A DNA stretch of 64,000 nucleotides from Candidatus Eiseniibacteriota bacterium (GTDB lineage: Bacteria > Eisenbacteria > RBG-16-71-46): the NCBI GenBank assembly GCA_963717505.1, contig OY970342.1:1984001-2048000 (forward strand), read 5' to 3'. The notes under the pieces were generated by a model that was given only the letters and a program-made list of their open reading frames with translations, searched no databases and had not been told where the DNA came from. Both the position numbers and the translations under genes were made by a program. Positions 41,647 through 52,939 of the stretch are shown one piece after another. Every line of letters begins with the position of its first letter. Within the stretch, counting starts at the first letter, position 1.

Positions 41647-43239
41647 ATGCGTCCCTGCGGCAAGCTGTTCATGGCGCTCCTGTCGGTCTCGACGTTCGCT
41701 GGCGCCGCACGCGCCGAATGGCCGAATCACGCGATCAACCTTCCGGTCTGGATCGCGCCTGGATACCAGTCCTATCCGACGATTGTCTCGGACGGAGCCG
41801 CTGGATCGATCATCGTGTGGAACGAGGGGCCGGGTACCCGTGCCCACAAGATCCTGGCGGACGGAACATTCGGATGGGACTCCGCCGCGGTGCTTTGTAC
41901 GAGCTGCACGCAGGGTCTCCTGACCGCAGTGACCGATGTCTCGGGGGGCGCCTACGTCCTCTCGGGGCGTCACAACGATTCGAATGGAAAGACATACATC
42001 CACCACGTGTCCGCCGATGGCGCAGCGCTGTGGTCGGTGACGGAATCCAGCGCGATCGATCCGGAGATTGCGGCAGATGGCAGCGGTGGCGCGCTGGTCG
42101 TTTGGGAGAACTCCAACACTACATCGGGCACCGGAGTGAACATCTGGGCGCAGCGATTCGATGAATCCGGCAGCATCTGGCGCGTCAACGTTTCGGGTGA
42201 TGCGCCGTACGGGCATGAACTCGAGCCCTGCGTTGCCGCGGATGGTTCCGGAGGGGCGTTCGTTGCCTGGGAGGCCGCGGACATCAGGGTGCAGAGGCTG
42301 GACGCGTCGGGAAACAAGCTGTGGTCCGAGTATGGTGTTTCGGCGGGCAGCGGTCGTACCCCTCAGATCGTTGCTGATCCAGTTGGTGGAGCCATGGTTG
42401 CCTGGGGTAACAACATGTCCCCCTGGGTTACCTGGGTTCGGCGAGTGAATTCCTTGGGAGTGCCGATCGGGCTCGGGCCCATCGAGGTGACTCCCCTCAT
42501 GACGGTCGCACACGTCATACGCGCTTCGGACGGAGGAATGATTCTGGTAGGAGAAACTGCTACTCATCAACCTCCCTATTACGGCCGCGTGCTGGCCCAA
42601 CGCATTCAGCCTGATGGACAGGTCTTTTGGGGGCCGGAAGGTGTGGAAATCGTCGTGGCCGAGGCACCGGACCTGACGTATGACGTCGCTCCCGATGGCT
42701 CGGGCGGGATTGTCGTGACTTACTCTGACGGTTCCGGCGTGTTCAACGTGTTCGCCCAAAGAGTGTCGGCCGACGGTGAAAAGCTTTGGGGAGAAAACGG
42801 CGTTGTCGTTTCTTCCGCCGGGGGAAACCAGAAGAATCCGGCCGGAATGATCCCCAGCGGCACCGACTACGCCATCGTCACCTGGGACGACAACCGCAAT
42901 GGCAATAGCGACATCTACGCTCAGCGCGTGGACGGCACGCCCAGCGTTTCGGTCGACGTCGTCGAGGAGGGCGGGCCGTCGCTTTCGCTCGGCCCAAACC
43001 CGTTCCGAGCGCAGCTCAACATACAGTTGTCGAGCGCACGGGCCGGCGTTCTCCGCGGTGCGCTGTTCGACGTGCGGGGTCGGCGGGTCGCGGAGTCGAC
43101 TTGGAACATATCTCGAGGAGCGTCGGTCACGCGTTGGAACCTTCGAGACGGCGCGGCTCCGCTCGACCCGGGTGTCTACTTCGTCCGACTCTCGACCGAC
43201 TCTTGGCGGCGGGACTTTCGAGTCGTGCACATACGATGA
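41647..43239 (+). CDS. Secreted beta-propeller-like repeat protein with FlgD/T9SS-like CTD
   Basis: AAGGAG RBS; MRPCGKLFMALLSVSTFAGAARA signal peptide; about 8 DGSGG-A-x-V-x-W repeats with AQR; PNPF...FDVRGRRV...GVYFVRL. Confidence 0.78.
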   Translation: MRPCGKLFMALLSVSTFAGAARAEWPNHAINLPVWIAPGYQSYPTIVSDGAAGSIIVWNEGPGTRAHKILADGTFGWDSAAVLCTSCTQGLLTAVTDVSGGAYVLSGRHNDSNGKTYIHHVSADGAALWSVTESSAIDPEIAADGSGGALVVWENSNTTSGTGVNIWAQRFDESGSIWRVNVSGDAPYGHELEPCVAADGSGGAFVAWEAADIRVQRLDASGNKLWSEYGVSAGSGRTPQIVADPVGGAMVAWGNNMSPWVTWVRRVNSLGVPIGLGPIEVTPLMTVAHVIRASDGGMILVGETATHQPPYYGRVLAQRIQPDGQVFWGPEGVEIVVAEAPDLTYDVAPDGSGGIVVTYSDGSGVFNVFAQRVSADGEKLWGENGVVVSSAGGNQKNPAGMIPSGTDYAIVTWDDNRNGNSDIYAQRVDGTPSVSVDVVEEGGPSLSLGPNPFRAQLNIQLSSARAGVLRGALFDVRGRRVAESTWNISRGASVTRWNLRDGAAPLDPGVYFVRLSTDSWRRDFRVVHIR

Positions 43240-43259
43240 GCCTCGCGGCCTACTGAACG

Positions 43260-43580
43260 CTAGGTCTGGCGCGGTCTCCAGCGATACCTCTCGATCGCGA
43301 CTCGCCCTTTGCGATCGAACTTCACGCCCTCGGCTTCGAGCAGCCCTCGTTGCAGCGGCTCATCACCAGGGTCCGCGCGTCGGCTGACTTCGCCCTTCGC
43401 GTTGATCACGCGGTGCCAAGGCAGGCTCACTCCCTTTGGAGTTGCCGCCAGCGCGTATCCGACCTGCCGTGGGCCTGACGCGTCGGCGAGACTGGCGATC
43501 TGCCCGTAGGTGGCAACCCGGCCGCGAGGAATGCGTCGGATGACCGCGTAGATCCGTGAGTAAGTACTATTCGGTGTCAT
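43260..43580 (-). CDS. ybaZ: Alkyltransferase-like protein (MGMT family, YbaZ/Atl1 type)
   Basis: IPRGRVATYGQIA, RQVGYAL, LPWHRVIN (Trp replaces the catalytic Cys), QRGLLEAEGV. Confidence 0.88.
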   Translation of the reverse strand: MTPNSTYSRIYAVIRRIPRGRVATYGQIASLADASGPRQVGYALAATPKGVSLPWHRVINAKGEVSRRADPGDEPLQRGLLEAEGVKFDRKGRVAIERYRWRPRQT

Positions 43581-43594
43581 TGGGGCTGCAATAT

Positions 43595-43696
43595 TTACAT
43601 GCCCCGGGGCATGTAACGTTAGGGTCGACTAAGACAACTCGTTCCAGAACGAGTTGCATTAGGGCTGCCTAACACAACTGGCCCCGGGGCCAGTTA
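43595..43696. repeat. Dispersed palindromic 11/12/11/6 element, copy 2 (extended, two 11-6-11 cores)
   Basis: ttaca-TGCCCCGGGGCA-tgtaacgttag-GGTCGA-ctaagacaact-CGTTCCAGAACG-agttgcattag-GGCTGC-ctaacacaact-GGCCCCGGGGCC-agtta. Confidence 0.92.
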
Positions 43697-44434
43697 CCTG
43701 CACGGCTCGATCGAATACTCCTCGTGCCCGCGCTCGAGCTGGCAGCGGAAAGCGTAGGTCGCGGTTTCGAGTTTCCAGCGCCCGCGCGGATCTCGCCTGA
43801 GCCTCAAGCGATAGCGCTCGCCGCGGACCGAGTCGTCCATCAGCCCGTCGCGAGTGACGGTGACCTCCGCGTCGTCGAACCTCTCGGGCTGTGACTGGAC
43901 GTCCACGGTGAACCCGGAGCACTGGCAATCGGCGCCCACCAGGGTGAGCGCCACGAGCGTGGCCGAACGCGCCCACGCGGAGTCGCTGGCGGCGGACAGC
44001 CGGGCTCGGAACGCGGCGGTCGGCACGATGCGCTCCGTGTACGCCGGAACATTGGCCGGTTTGGAATCAGGCGGGAAGTACACGGGCATCGCGGCCCACA
44101 CCGGCTGCAGGCGGTCTTCGATGTACGGTGGCTTGAATTCCCATGCCGCGACCGCTTCACGCGCGGCCTCGTCGAGGCCGGGCACCGACTCGGCAACGCG
44201 AGTCTCGCGCACTCGACCGTGGGTCCCGATCAGCGCGAGAACCACCACGCGGCCCTTGATGCCACTTCGAACTGCGGCGTCAGGGTATTGCGGGGCCACC
44301 AGGTGGATGACTGCGGGCGGGTCCTGCACGAAAAGATAACCGTCCAGGCGGGTTGCGGTCGAGCTGGTGTCGGCGCTCCCTTGGGCCGTCACATGAAATC
44401 CGGCCAGGAACAATGCGCACAGCCAGAGCCTCAT
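43694..44434 (-). CDS. TonB C-terminal domain protein with an additional C-terminal domain
   Basis: Signal peptide; PQYPDAA...GRVVVLALIGTHGRV...LDEAAREAVAAWEFKP; then DGLMDDSVRGERYRL...FRCQ..RG. Confidence 0.75.
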   Translation of the reverse strand: MRLWLCALFLAGFHVTAQGSADTSSTATRLDGYLFVQDPPAVIHLVAPQYPDAAVRSGIKGRVVVLALIGTHGRVRETRVAESVPGLDEAAREAVAAWEFKPPYIEDRLQPVWAAMPVYFPPDSKPANVPAYTERIVPTAAFRARLSAASDSAWARSATLVALTLVGADCQCSGFTVDVQSQPERFDDAEVTVTRDGLMDDSVRGERYRLRLRRDPRGRWKLETATYAFRCQLERGHEEYSIEPCR

Positions 44435-44868
44435 GGCTTCCTCCTCTCGCACAGTTCGACCAGCACGCCGCCGAGGCTCTTTGGATGCAGGAACGCCACC
44501 CGTGTCCCGTGGGCGCCCGCACGAGACTCGGCGTCGATTGCCTGGACGCCGGCCGCCTGGACCGCGGCAAGTGTCTTCGCGATGTCACTGACTTCCAGGC
44601 TCACATGATGAAGTCCGGGCCCACGCTTCTCGAGGAACTTCGCGACCGTGTGGTCCGGCGAACGCGGCTCGAGCAGCTCGATCGTGACCGGGCCCAAATG
44701 CAGGAAGACGACGCGCAGTTCGCCGCCGTCCAAAATCTCTTCTTCGCCGCGCACCGCTCCGAGGGCGCCAACGAGCACGTTCACCAGCGCATCGGCATCG
44801 CGAACCGCGATCGCGATGTGCGCGAGGCCGGTCACCGGACCCGAGGCGCCCGCCGGCCGGGAACTCAT
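44431..44868 (-). CDS. mce: Methylmalonyl-CoA epimerase
   Basis: [48 protein letters not shown]. Confidence 0.93.
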   Translation of the reverse strand: MSSRPAGASGPVTGLAHIAIAVRDADALVNVLVGALGAVRGEEEILDGGELRVVFLHLGPVTIELLEPRSPDHTVAKFLEKRGPGLHHVSLEVSDIAKTLAAVQAAGVQAIDAESRAGAHGTRVAFLHPKSLGGVLVELCERRKP

Positions 44869-46487
44869 GAAGTCTCCGGCCGGTGGACGCCGAACACTCC
44901 GCGCATCGTGTCGCACACTTCGCCGAGGGTCGCGCGCGCCACCAGCGCGGCCAGGATCGGCGGCATCAGGTTGTCGTCGCCGCGGGCGGCGCGTTCGAGC
45001 CGCGTCAAGGCTGCACTCACGGCGGCTGCGTCGCGCTCCGAATGCCACTCGGCCAGGAACTTCGCTCGTTCCTCCTCGACTCCCGGCGCCGGCACGAACG
45101 GCGGCGGCGGCGCCGGCTGGTCGTCTGCAAACTTGTTGACGCCGACGACCGCACGTACGCCGGCTTCCATCTCGCGGTGCCAGCGATACGCGGCTTCATG
45201 AATCTGCTGCTGCACCCAGCCCGACTGAATCGCCGGGAGCATTCCACCCTGGCGATCGACCTGCTCGATCAACGCGCGCGCGCGCGACTCCAGCTCGTCG
45301 GTCAGGTGCTCGATCCAATACGAGCCGGCGAGCGGATCGGCCGCGTCGGTCACCCCGCTCTCGTGCGCGAGGATCTGTTGCGTGCGCAGCGCCAGGGTCG
45401 CGGCCTCGCGGCTCGGCAGCCCCAGCGCCTCGTCATAACCGTTCGTGTGCAACGACTGCGTGCCACCGAGTGCTGCCGCCAACGCCTGAATCGTCACACG
45501 TACAACATTGTTCAAGGGCTGTTGCGCGGTGAGTGTCGAGCCCGCGGTTTGAGTATGAAAGCGCAGCTTCAGGGCTTCCGGGTCGCGGACGCCAAACCGC
45601 TCGCCGAGCATTCCCGCCCACATCCGGCGTGCCGCGCGGAACTTGGCGACTTCTTCGAACAGATGATTGTGGCCATTGAAGAAGAAAGACATGCGCTTTG
45701 CGATGGGGACCAAGTCCAGCCCACGGTCCCGGGCAGCGCCCAAATACGCCAACCCGTTACCCAAGGTGAACGCGATCTCCTGAACCGCGGTGCAGCCGGC
45801 TTCGCGCATGTGATAGCCACTTACTGAAATCGTGTTCCAGGCTGGCACTTCTCGCCCGGCAAATTCGAACACGTCAGTGATCATGCGCAGCGACGCCTTC
45901 GGTGGATAAATGTACGTCCCGCGCGCCGCATATTCTTTGAGAACGTCGTTCTGGATCGTACCGCCGAGCTTGGCCCGAGCGATCCCGCGCGCGTCGGCGA
46001 CGGCGACATAAAAAGCCAATAACAACGGCGCGGTCGCATTGATGGTCATCGAGGTCGTGACCCGATCGAGCGGCAGCCGGTCGAGCAGCGTTTCCATGTC
46101 GGCCAGGCACGAGATCGCGACCCCGGCCTTGCCGACCTCGCCGCGCGCACGCGGATGATCCGAGTCGTAGCCCATCTGGGTCGGCAGATCGAACGCCACC
46201 GAAAGCCCGGTCTGGCCCTGGGCGAGCAGGTAGTGGAATCGCTCGTTGGTCTCGCGCGCGGTGTTGAAGCCGGCGTACTGGCGCATGGTCCAGAGGCGCG
46301 AGCGATACATCGTGGGGTGGATCCCGCGCGTGTAGGGCGGCGTGCCCGGCGCCGGTACCCGGCGCGCGAGGTCGCGCGGCAGGTCGCCCACGTCGTACAC
46401 GGGCTTCACGTCGATCCATGAAGGCGTCTTTCGCGGGGGAACGTCGGCTGCTGCGGCCTTCTTGCGGCGCACGGTGGCCACGATCAC
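44865..46487 (-). CDS. Methylmalonyl-CoA mutase large (substrate-binding) subunit
   Basis: [21 protein letters not shown] (Tyr), [27 protein letters not shown] (Arg), [19 protein letters not shown]; no B12 domain. Confidence 0.92.
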   Translation of the reverse strand: MIVATVRRKKAAAADVPPRKTPSWIDVKPVYDVGDLPRDLARRVPAPGTPPYTRGIHPTMYRSRLWTMRQYAGFNTARETNERFHYLLAQGQTGLSVAFDLPTQMGYDSDHPRARGEVGKAGVAISCLADMETLLDRLPLDRVTTSMTINATAPLLLAFYVAVADARGIARAKLGGTIQNDVLKEYAARGTYIYPPKASLRMITDVFEFAGREVPAWNTISVSGYHMREAGCTAVQEIAFTLGNGLAYLGAARDRGLDLVPIAKRMSFFFNGHNHLFEEVAKFRAARRMWAGMLGERFGVRDPEALKLRFHTQTAGSTLTAQQPLNNVVRVTIQALAAALGGTQSLHTNGYDEALGLPSREAATLALRTQQILAHESGVTDAADPLAGSYWIEHLTDELESRARALIEQVDRQGGMLPAIQSGWVQQQIHEAAYRWHREMEAGVRAVVGVNKFADDQPAPPPPFVPAPGVEEERAKFLAEWHSERDAAAVSAALTRLERAARGDDNLMPPILAALVARATLGEVCDTMRGVFGVHRPETS

Positions 46488-46989
46488 GCTCCCTTGAGCC
46501 GCACCAGTGGCTGTCCCGCGGCGACCGGCGCGCGTTCGGCCACCAACACCTCGGAAACCACGCCTGCGTGACGTGCCGCCAGCTCGTTCTGCATTTTCAT
46601 GGCTTCGACCACGACTACGGCCTGGCCGGCCGCCACCGCATCGCCCGGCTTCACCCGAATCGCAACCACGACGCCCGGCATCGGCGCCGACACGGTCTCG
46701 CCGCCCGACGAGACGCCGGCGCGCGCCACCGACTGCACCAGCTTCTCGAGCGGATGGCGAACCTCGACCGGCACGGTAGCACCCGCGATCGTGACCTCGA
46801 GCCCGACCGGTGCCGTGGCGACCCGCACTTCGTGCGATCGGCCGTCGACCAGGAGCGAATAGACCTCGCCGTCGGGCAATCGGTGGAAGTCGGCCTCGAT
46901 CCGGCGCCCCTCGACCTCGAGCCACACGTGTTCGCCCGTAGAGCGGAACTCGACCTCGGCATCGCGACCTTCGAGCGTCACCCAGAACT

Positions 46990-46993
<4 letters not shown>
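46484..46993 (-). CDS. Biotin carboxyl carrier protein
   Basis: [26 protein letters not shown]. Confidence 0.92.
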
Positions 46994-48522
<1,529 letters not shown>

Positions 48523-48523
48523 G

Positions 48524-48904
48524 TCAGTCCTCGATCACGACGCAGGCGATCGCGAGCCCGGCGTCGTGGGTCAGCGACAGGTGGGAGGCGCGCGCCCCGA
48601 GCGCCTGGAATCGCTCGAGCGCCGGTCCATGCCATTCGAGCCGCGGCTGGTGCCCGCCCGGCTGGATGACCTCGAACTGCTTGAAGCCAATGCCCCCGCT
48701 CATGCCGGTGCCGATCGCCTTGGACGCTGCCTCTTTCGCGGCGAAGCGGGCTGCCAAGTGGGGAAGGGGATCCTTGTGCCGGCGGCAGTATTCCAGCTCG
48801 GCTTCGGTAAACAGCCTGCGCTCCATGCGCTCCCCGAAGCGTTCGAGAGCGGCGACCACGCGCTGGACCTGGACCACGTCGATGCCAATGCCGCGAACGG
48901 CCAC
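48524..48904 (-). CDS. acpS: Holo-[acyl-carrier-protein] synthase
   Basis: GIGIDVV, LAARFAAKEA..KAIGTG, HLSLTHD. Confidence 0.93.
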   Translation of the reverse strand: MAVRGIGIDVVQVQRVVAALERFGERMERRLFTEAELEYCRRHKDPLPHLAARFAAKEAASKAIGTGMSGGIGFKQFEVIQPGGHQPRLEWHGPALERFQALGARASHLSLTHDAGLAIACVVIED

Positions 48905-49025
48905 GCCGCCTCCGGGAACGCCGGGGAGGGCCCGGCGCAAGTGGCCCAATCTAGGGAGGCGTCGCGCCCCGGGTCAAGACCCGCGCATGGCGCCGGGTGC
49001 GCCGAATGAGCTAGTCTCGTCCGTC

Positions 49026-49736
49026 ATGATCGCACGCAAGGCAGCCAGCATGCTGGTCCTGCTGGCGCTCACTGCGGCCGCGGCGGGATGCTCCAGTTCC
49101 TCGGACGACCCGGTCGAGCCCGAAGTCCCAATCCCGCCGACGCCCAACACCCCCTCGAATGCCATCAAACTGCTCGAGTGGTGCTGGGACGAGCGGGACG
49201 CGGCGCTCTACGGCGACGTGTTCACCGATGACTTCGCCTACCATTTTGCGGTCTCGGACTCGCAGGCGATCGGTACGCTGATCCAGCGGGACGATGAGCT
49301 GCAATTTGCCAACAACCTTTTCGTGAGCGGCGTTCCGGCGCCACCGGCTCCCGCGGGCGCCCTGGGGCCGCTCGCGCTCCCGGCGGCGTCGCGTGTGGTC
49401 TTCGCGGTCAACCCCAATCTCCCGGTGGTCGGCGACTCGCGCCCGGGCAAGAACCCGACCTGGCACAAGGAGATCGCGACCCTGGTCACCCTCAGCGTCA
49501 CGACTTCGGCCGGTACCTACTCGATCCTGTCCGATATGCGCTTCTTCGTGACCCGCGGGGACTCGGCGCAGATCCCCCAGGAGCTGATCGACCGCGGATT
49601 CCAGCCCGACCCGAATCGCTGGTACGTCGACACCTGGGTGGACGAGACCGCCTGCCCGGTCGACAAACGCTGTCAGACCGTGGGGCGCCTGAAGTTGGAC
49701 TATCTCGGCGCGCCGCCCGGACCGTTTCGGCCTTGA
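49026..49736 (+). CDS. Hypothetical lipoprotein (possibly NTF2-like fold)
   Basis: Lipobox AAAAG-C; YGDVFTDDFAYHF; WYVDTWVDET. Confidence 0.7.
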   Translation: MIARKAASMLVLLALTAAAAGCSSSSDDPVEPEVPIPPTPNTPSNAIKLLEWCWDERDAALYGDVFTDDFAYHFAVSDSQAIGTLIQRDDELQFANNLFVSGVPAPPAPAGALGPLALPAASRVVFAVNPNLPVVGDSRPGKNPTWHKEIATLVTLSVTTSAGTYSILSDMRFFVTRGDSAQIPQELIDRGFQPDPNRWYVDTWVDETACPVDKRCQTVGRLKLDYLGAPPGPFRP

Positions 49737-49757
49737 ACCGCGGGCTTCCGCCCGCCC

Positions 49758-50980
<1,223 letters not shown>

Positions 50981-51031
50981 AACGCCCGGCCGCGCCGGGC
51001 GCTCGAGTCACACTAAAAGGAGAATGCACTG

Positions 51032-51346
51032 ATGGATGCGTTCGCACAGGGCGGAGCCGCAGCACCGGCCAATTCCGGAATCGCCATGGTGGTCCAGTTC
51101 CTGCCGATCATCGCGATCATGGTCATCATGTACTTCCTGATCATCCGTCCGCAGCAGCAGAAGCAAAAGCAGGCGGACGCGATGCTCAAGGCCCTGAAGA
51201 AGGGGGACAGGGTGCTGACCAGCGGCGGCATTCTCGCCACCGTCGTCGGCATCGACGACGCGCACGCGGTGCTCAAGATCGCCGACGACACCAAGGTAGA
51301 GTTCATGAAGTCGGCGATCGTCCAGGTGCTGCCGGAGTCGAAGTGA
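51032..51346 (+). CDS. yajC: Preprotein translocase subunit YajC
   Basis: YFLIIRPQQ, LKKGDRVLTSGGI; follows tgt. Confidence 0.93.
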   Translation: MDAFAQGGAAAPANSGIAMVVQFLPIIAIMVIMYFLIIRPQQQKQKQADAMLKALKKGDRVLTSGGILATVVGIDDAHAVLKIADDTKVEFMKSAIVQVLPESK

Positions 51347-51401
51347 TGTCAATTGATGTCAGACCGGCCGCATGCGCCGGGATCTCGGAGGCGTGCGGCT
51401 G

Positions 51402-51953
51402 ATGGCGTTGCGCCCGGTACGTATTTACGGCGATCCGGTGCTGCGCGAGAAGTCGCAGCCGGTGACGTCGTTCGACGACGAGTTGCGTCGCCTGGTCGCC
51501 GATTTGTACGAGACGATGAGGGCCTACGACGGCGCGGGACTCGCCGCACCCCAGGTCGGCGTGCCGCTGCGCCTGTTCGTGGTCGACGTACCGGTGGAGG
51601 ACGGCACCCGTACTCGGATGGCGATCGCGAACCCGGTGCTCTCGGAGCGCTCGGGCGACGACACCGCGGAAGAGGGGTGCCTGTCGATGCCCGGGGTCTA
51701 TGAAGACGTGACGCGCTCGGCGTCGGTCACGGTGCGCGGGGTCGACGAGCACGGGAAGCCGGTCGAGGTCATAGCCGAGGGCTTTCTCGCGCGTGCGCTC
51801 CAGCACGAGTCCGATCATCTGGACGGCGTGCTGTTCGTCGATCGCCTGTCACCGCTCAAGCGCCAGTTTCTCAAGCGCCAACTCGCGGCCCTCGCGCGCG
51901 GCGAGGTGCCCGAGGGTTACCACCCGGTGGCGGGAGGGGCGGAGCCGATTTGA
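51402..51953 (+). CDS. def: Peptide deformylase
   Basis: YGDPVLR, GAGLAAPQVG, EGCLSMP, QHESDHLDG. Confidence 0.95.
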   Translation: MALRPVRIYGDPVLREKSQPVTSFDDELRRLVADLYETMRAYDGAGLAAPQVGVPLRLFVVDVPVEDGTRTRMAIANPVLSERSGDDTAEEGCLSMPGVYEDVTRSASVTVRGVDEHGKPVEVIAEGFLARALQHESDHLDGVLFVDRLSPLKRQFLKRQLAALARGEVPEGYHPVAGGAEPI

Positions 51954-52939
51954 GCCGAGACGGCGGCGGGGAGAGACCCCGAGTGGTGTTCATGGGCACA
52001 CCGTCGTTCGCCGTGCCGTCGTTGCGCGAGGTGGCCCGGCGCTGCGAGGTGCTGGCGGTGGTGACCCGGCCGGACCGGCCGAAGGGCCGGGGCCGGCGGG
52101 TGGAATCGTCGGAAGTGGCGGTGGTGGCCGAGGAATTGAGGCTGGAATTGCTCAAAACAGAAACCATGAAATCCGAGACCCTGAGTGCCGAAATCAAAGA
52201 GCGAGCCCCGGACCTGTTCGCGGTGGTTGCGTTCGGGGCGATATTGCCGCCCGAGTGGTTGCGTGTCCCGCGCCTCGGAGCGATCAACCTCCACGGCTCG
52301 CTGCTCCCTGACTATCGGGGCGCCTCCCCGGTGCAGCGGGCGCTGATGGACGGACGCTCGGCGACCGGCGTGACCACGATCTGGATGGACGAAGGGATCG
52401 ATACCGGCGACCGGATCCTGCAGCGCTGGGAGCCGATCGCCGCCGACGACACCGCGGCGACGCTCGGCGATCGACTCGCGAAAGTCGGCGCACCGTTGTT
52501 GGCCGAAAGCCTGGTGCGCGCAGCACGGGGCACCGCGCCGCGAATTCCGCAGCCGGCGGGCGCCGGCAGCTACGCGCCGCGCCTGCGCAAGCAGGACGGA
52601 TGGGTGGACTGGACGTCGCCGGCCGACTCGGTGTGGAACCGCCAGCGGGGAGTGACGCCATGGCCCGGAGCCACGACGTCGTTCGCGGGCCGCGGAGTTC
52701 AGATCACCAAGAGCTGGCCCAACGACGTGATGTCGAATGATGCCGAGCCGGGGACCGTGCTCGAGGTGAGCACCGACGGCGTGCGCGTCGCGTGCGGACA
52801 GGGTTCTTTGACGCTGGTCGCGATCAAGCCCGAGGGCAGGGGCGAACTCAAGGCAGTGGAATGGGCGCGTGGCGCGCGAATCGCGCCCGGAATGCGCTTC
52901 GAGGCCGTGACACGAGGACCGCAAGAGGAGGAAGTTTGA
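51950..52939 (+). CDS. fmt: Methionyl-tRNA formyltransferase
   Basis: VFMGTPSFAV, PDRPKGRG, NLHGSLLPDYRGASP, DTGD, PWPGA. Confidence 0.95.
   Translation: MSRDGGGERPRVVFMGTPSFAVPSLREVARRCEVLAVVTRPDRPKGRGRRVESSEVAVVAEELRLELLKTETMKSETLSAEIKERAPDLFAVVAFGAILPPEWLRVPRLGAINLHGSLLPDYRGASPVQRALMDGRSATGVTTIWMDEGIDTGDRILQRWEPIAADDTAATLGDRLAKVGAPLLAESLVRAARGTAPRIPQPAGAGSYAPRLRKQDGWVDWTSPADSVWNRQRGVTPWPGATTSFAGRGVQITKSWPNDVMSNDAEPGTVLEVSTDGVRVACGQGSLTLVAIKPEGRGELKAVEWARGARIAPGMRFEAVTRGPQEEEV

Noticed and set aside
40843-43239. 798-aa DUF362-propeller fusion in the ORF track
   Set aside because: Artefact of the frameshift near 41128; the secreted protein has its own RBS, ATG (41647) and signal peptide
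43595-43696. CRISPR mini-array reading of the 28-bp core with 12-bp spacers
   Set aside because: Spacers are only 12 bp and palindromic, the core centre varies, there are at most two cores per locus, and no cas genes are present
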